A stretch of 61,614 bases of DNA, the filler included. It is 11 parts of 11 records of this genome, joined end to end, with 100 filler letters (N's around TTAATTAATTAA, not from the genome) between each part and the next. Parts side by side here need not be neighbours in the genome. Positions count along the whole stretch, not along the records: positions 57,253 to 61,614 come from SRR7504441_4862; 10 more parts are not named here. The stretch is one strand, 5' to 3'. The first letter of the stretch is position 1. Each line of letters opens with the position of its first letter. Below, piece after piece: positions 59,053 to 61,614 of the stretch. Below the pieces are notes generated by a model. The model was not told the DNA's origin. It ran no database searches and worked only from the letters and a program-made list of their open reading frames with translations. Made by a program: the position numbers and the translations under genes.

Positions 59053-60027
59053 ATGTGGGACAACCTGACCCAGATGGCGGCCGATCTGGACAGCCAGATC
59101 AGCACCCAGCTGGCCGAAGAGTACGCCCAGCCGCCCGTCGAGCCTGCCCGCATCAAGTGCCCGCCCGGCCGGCCCCTGGCCCACCCCTGTACCCCAGGGC
59201 CCCGCAGACCGAACCGGCCGCCCCGGAGCCTCCAGCCCCCGTCCCGGCCGAGCCGAGCGAGGAAGACGGGTTCGAGATCGTGGTCCAGCCCGACCGGTGC
59301 CCCGCCGCTTGCCCCGGCTCTCACTGTTATCCGTCGCCCAGCCTGCCCAGCCCGCAGCCCGACCACCCCCTCCCCGGCGGGGAACGGGGGGCGGCCGACG
59401 AGCTGGCGCACACACAGACGGCACTGGCCAACCTGCAGGTGGGCCGACTCGGCCGGGCTGGGCCAGCGGGGGCTTCAGGCTTGTCTGGAGGAGTTTCAGG
59501 CCGGTCAATCGGCCGAGCGGGCGCAGGCGGCGGACCAGGCGGAGCAGCTGCAGGCGGCGAGCAAGCAGCTGGCGGCGCAGCGGACTGACTGCGAGAGCTG
59601 GCGGGAGCGGTACGAGACGAGCGAGGCTGGGAGTGCGAGATTGCAGCTCGAGCTCAACACAGCCACGCACAGGGGTCGGTTGCTTGAAGAGTCGTTGATG
59701 CAGGAGCGAGCAGCGGCCCGAAGGATGGGGTTCGAGCTGTCGGAGCTCAAGAACGCGCAGAAGCGGCAGGCCCGGCGGGAGGTGCCCTGCGGGGAGGGGA
59801 GGCGGGATGTGGGGCAGGACGGGACGCTGACAGTCACAACTCACGTTAGCGTGGAAGAGACCAGAGGGGAGCACGCCGGTGCGGGGCGGGGCGGGGCAGG
59901 CCGAGTGGTGGCAGGCGGGCTGGGCGTGCTGTTTGAGAAGGGGCCGTTTGGGGTGCCTTTGTGGTTCATAATCTACGTGATGTTTGTTCACTTCCTCGCG
60001 TGGTACTTTAAGCGGGGCTGCGTCTGA
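59053..60027 (+). CDS. Tail-anchored coiled-coil protein (golgin-84-like), multi-exon
   Basis: Coiled coil ending in a single C-terminal TM, WFIIYVMFVHFLAWY, with the Y-x4-H spacing seen in golgin-84/CASP tails. Confidence 0.5.
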   Translation: MWDNLTQMAADLDSQISTQLAEEYAQPPVEPARIKCPPGRPLAHPCTPGPRRPNRPPRSLQPPSRPSRARKTGSRSWSSPTGAPPLAPALTVIRRPACPARSPTTPSPAGNGGRPTSWRTHRRHWPTCRWADSAGLGQRGLQACLEEFQAGQSAERAQAADQAEQLQAASKQLAAQRTDCESWRERYETSEAGSARLQLELNTATHRGRLLEESLMQERAAARRMGFELSELKNAQKRQARREVPCGEGRRDVGQDGTLTVTTHVSVEETRGEHAGAGRGGAGRVVAGGLGVLFEKGPFGVPLWFIIYVMFVHFLAWYFKRGCV

Positions 60028-60253
60028 CCAGCTCCCCACCCATTAACATAGCTTGTACAGTAGCCAATCATAATACATACATGCGTGAAATCATTTCGTC
60101 TCTTCTACAGCGCTCACGAGTGCTCCCGATCCTCGTGCTCCCGATTTACGGCCCCTGTCAGGCTCCTAGGCTCCTGTCAGACTCGAATTAGAGACAACTT
60201 GAACAAAAGCACCAGGTGCTGGGAGCGGGTCTGCTGTCGGGCGGCGGGCGAGG

Positions 60254-61614
60254 ATGGAGCAAATCGTGGAGACCACGATCGGGCTATACGCCAACCTGAT
60301 CAAGAAGCCCAAGATGACGGCCAAGCTGCTCAACAAGCCACCGTTCCGCTTCCTGCACGATGTGTTCAGCTCGGTGACCGCCGAGACTGGGTACGCCGCC
60401 GGGCTCTATGAGGGCCCCGAGGCCGACTCCGGGAGCATCAAGGTGCTGGCCCGACCCGCCGGGGCTGAGCCTGGCCGGGCAGGACAAGGAATCGAAGATC
60501 GGCTACCTGCAAAAGATGCTCGACTATACCTCGGCCGCTCGGGGGGCCCCTGTCGACATCCGGCTAGGCAAGGTGGTGGCCGGTCTCGAGCCGGAGAACA
60601 CCAACGCGCTGCTCCAAGCGATCGCGCAGTGCGCTACGGACTCGGGCGTCGACCGGAACAGCGCGCTCCGGGCGGCCCTCGGGGACGTGGCGGGAGGTGG
60701 CCAGCCGGAGCAGCAGTGGGCCCCGGAGCCTGAGATAGCGCCGCCGCCCGTGGAGCCCCCGCCGCCGGCCCCACCGGCTCCGCCGGCCGAGCCGGAGCCG
60801 GATATGCAGGCGCAGCAGCAGGAGATGGAGAGGCAGATGCTGATGCAGAGAGAGCAGGAGCAGCGGATGCTCGAGCAGCAGCAGCAGCAGCAGGAAGAGG
60901 AGGAGCGCGCCCGGCAGGACATGCTGCGGCAGCAGCAGGAGCAGGCGGCCCAACAACAGGCGGCCCAGGAGCAGGCGAGCTACGGCGGCAGCCGGCCTCC
61001 GAGTGGGCCAAATGGGTCGCAGCAGGATGGGCACGAGGCCACCAACCCGCTGGGCAAGTGCGGCGCCGAGAAGTCCAACTTTTATGGAGCCTTCAAGAAA
61101 CAGCTGATAAAGAACCCCTCCGACTGCATGGTCTCCACCGCCTGCCCGCTCGTCTACTCAACATTCATCGAGCCGGTGCCCAATGGCGGGATCCAGTACA
61201 GCCACTGCGGCGAGCACGAGTGGTCTGTCTGCTCGACGAGCGGACTGGCGGAGGAGGGCGAGCCCGTCGTCGTGCCATGGGTCAGCGGCGCACTCGGTGG
61301 CGAGGCGGAGACGGCAATCAGCGCGATCAAGGCCTTCAACGGCGCCGAGACCACCTGTCAGATCCGCTCCGGTAACGACGTTCAAGATAAGGCACTGGCG
61401 CTGGTGGAGATGACTGGTGTCGAGACCAACCAGGAGAAGAACGGCGGTGCAACGTATGGCTCCATCCTGACTGCAACGGACGCGCAGGTCGTTAAGACAC
61501 CATGATATTCGCGCCCAAACTGTCTCAGGTGGACGCGCAGCTCGCCTTGTTTCTCCCCTCGGAAGTTGATGATGGGAATCCATTCCGAGTAGGGTGGGAT
61601 ACTTTAGCAGCGAG
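60254..61614 (+). CDS. IFT54/TRAF3IP1-type CH-domain protein with atypical C-terminal region, probably 3'-partial
   Basis: [22 protein letters not shown]...GLY...[13 protein letters not shown]...[16 protein letters not shown] (intron 60443-60482). A probable intron at 61488-61528 removes the stop at 61505 and leaves the frame open to the window end. Confidence 0.85.

Noticed and set aside
1-61614. rRNA, tRNA, transposase, integrase, viral or CRISPR-Cas features
   Set aside because: None recognised by eye. Small ncRNAs cannot be excluded without tRNAscan-SE or Infernal/Rfam.

Overview
This is eukaryotic (protist-type) nuclear DNA, not prokaryotic. The window is 11 unlinked contigs joined by artificial 100-nt spacers (N44-TTAATTAATTAA-N44), so adjacency across spacers has no biological meaning. 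The genome is very gene-dense. Many genes are split by tiny (~31-56 nt) spliceosomal introns, several with GC-AG ends, and many neighbours are head-to-head with only 38-210 bp between inferred start codons. Recognisable genes: two WD40 proteins, an SDR, TMEM45-like, two 2OG-Fe(II) oxygenases, an ABC half-transporter, an EF-hand protein, an epoxide-hydrolase-like enzyme, UBAC2/Dsc2-like, a full-size ABCD transporter, a ~12 kb PIEZO channel, an FGE-domain protein, a GH89 alpha-N-acetylglucosaminidase, PA28, DinB-like, a two-pore channel, TMEM170-like, a NIF-family phosphatase, an RCC1-repeat protein, a WW protein, a golgin-like protein and an IFT54-CH-domain protein. The IFT54 domain suggests a flagellate, and CCCTAA tracts suggest TTAGGG telomeres; lineage cannot be fixed from this window. 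Best leads: a two-pore channel with a C-terminal PAS-like domain; a PIEZO with an IQ motif and Cys/His-rich inserts; a PDZ-like/HMG-box-like/coiled-coil/EF-hand protein; a recurrent 3' intergenic motif (TA)CATGATTG(TAC); and recurrent 11-nt-period duplications. All family calls are by-eye motif recognition with no database search, and exon boundaries are manual inferences.
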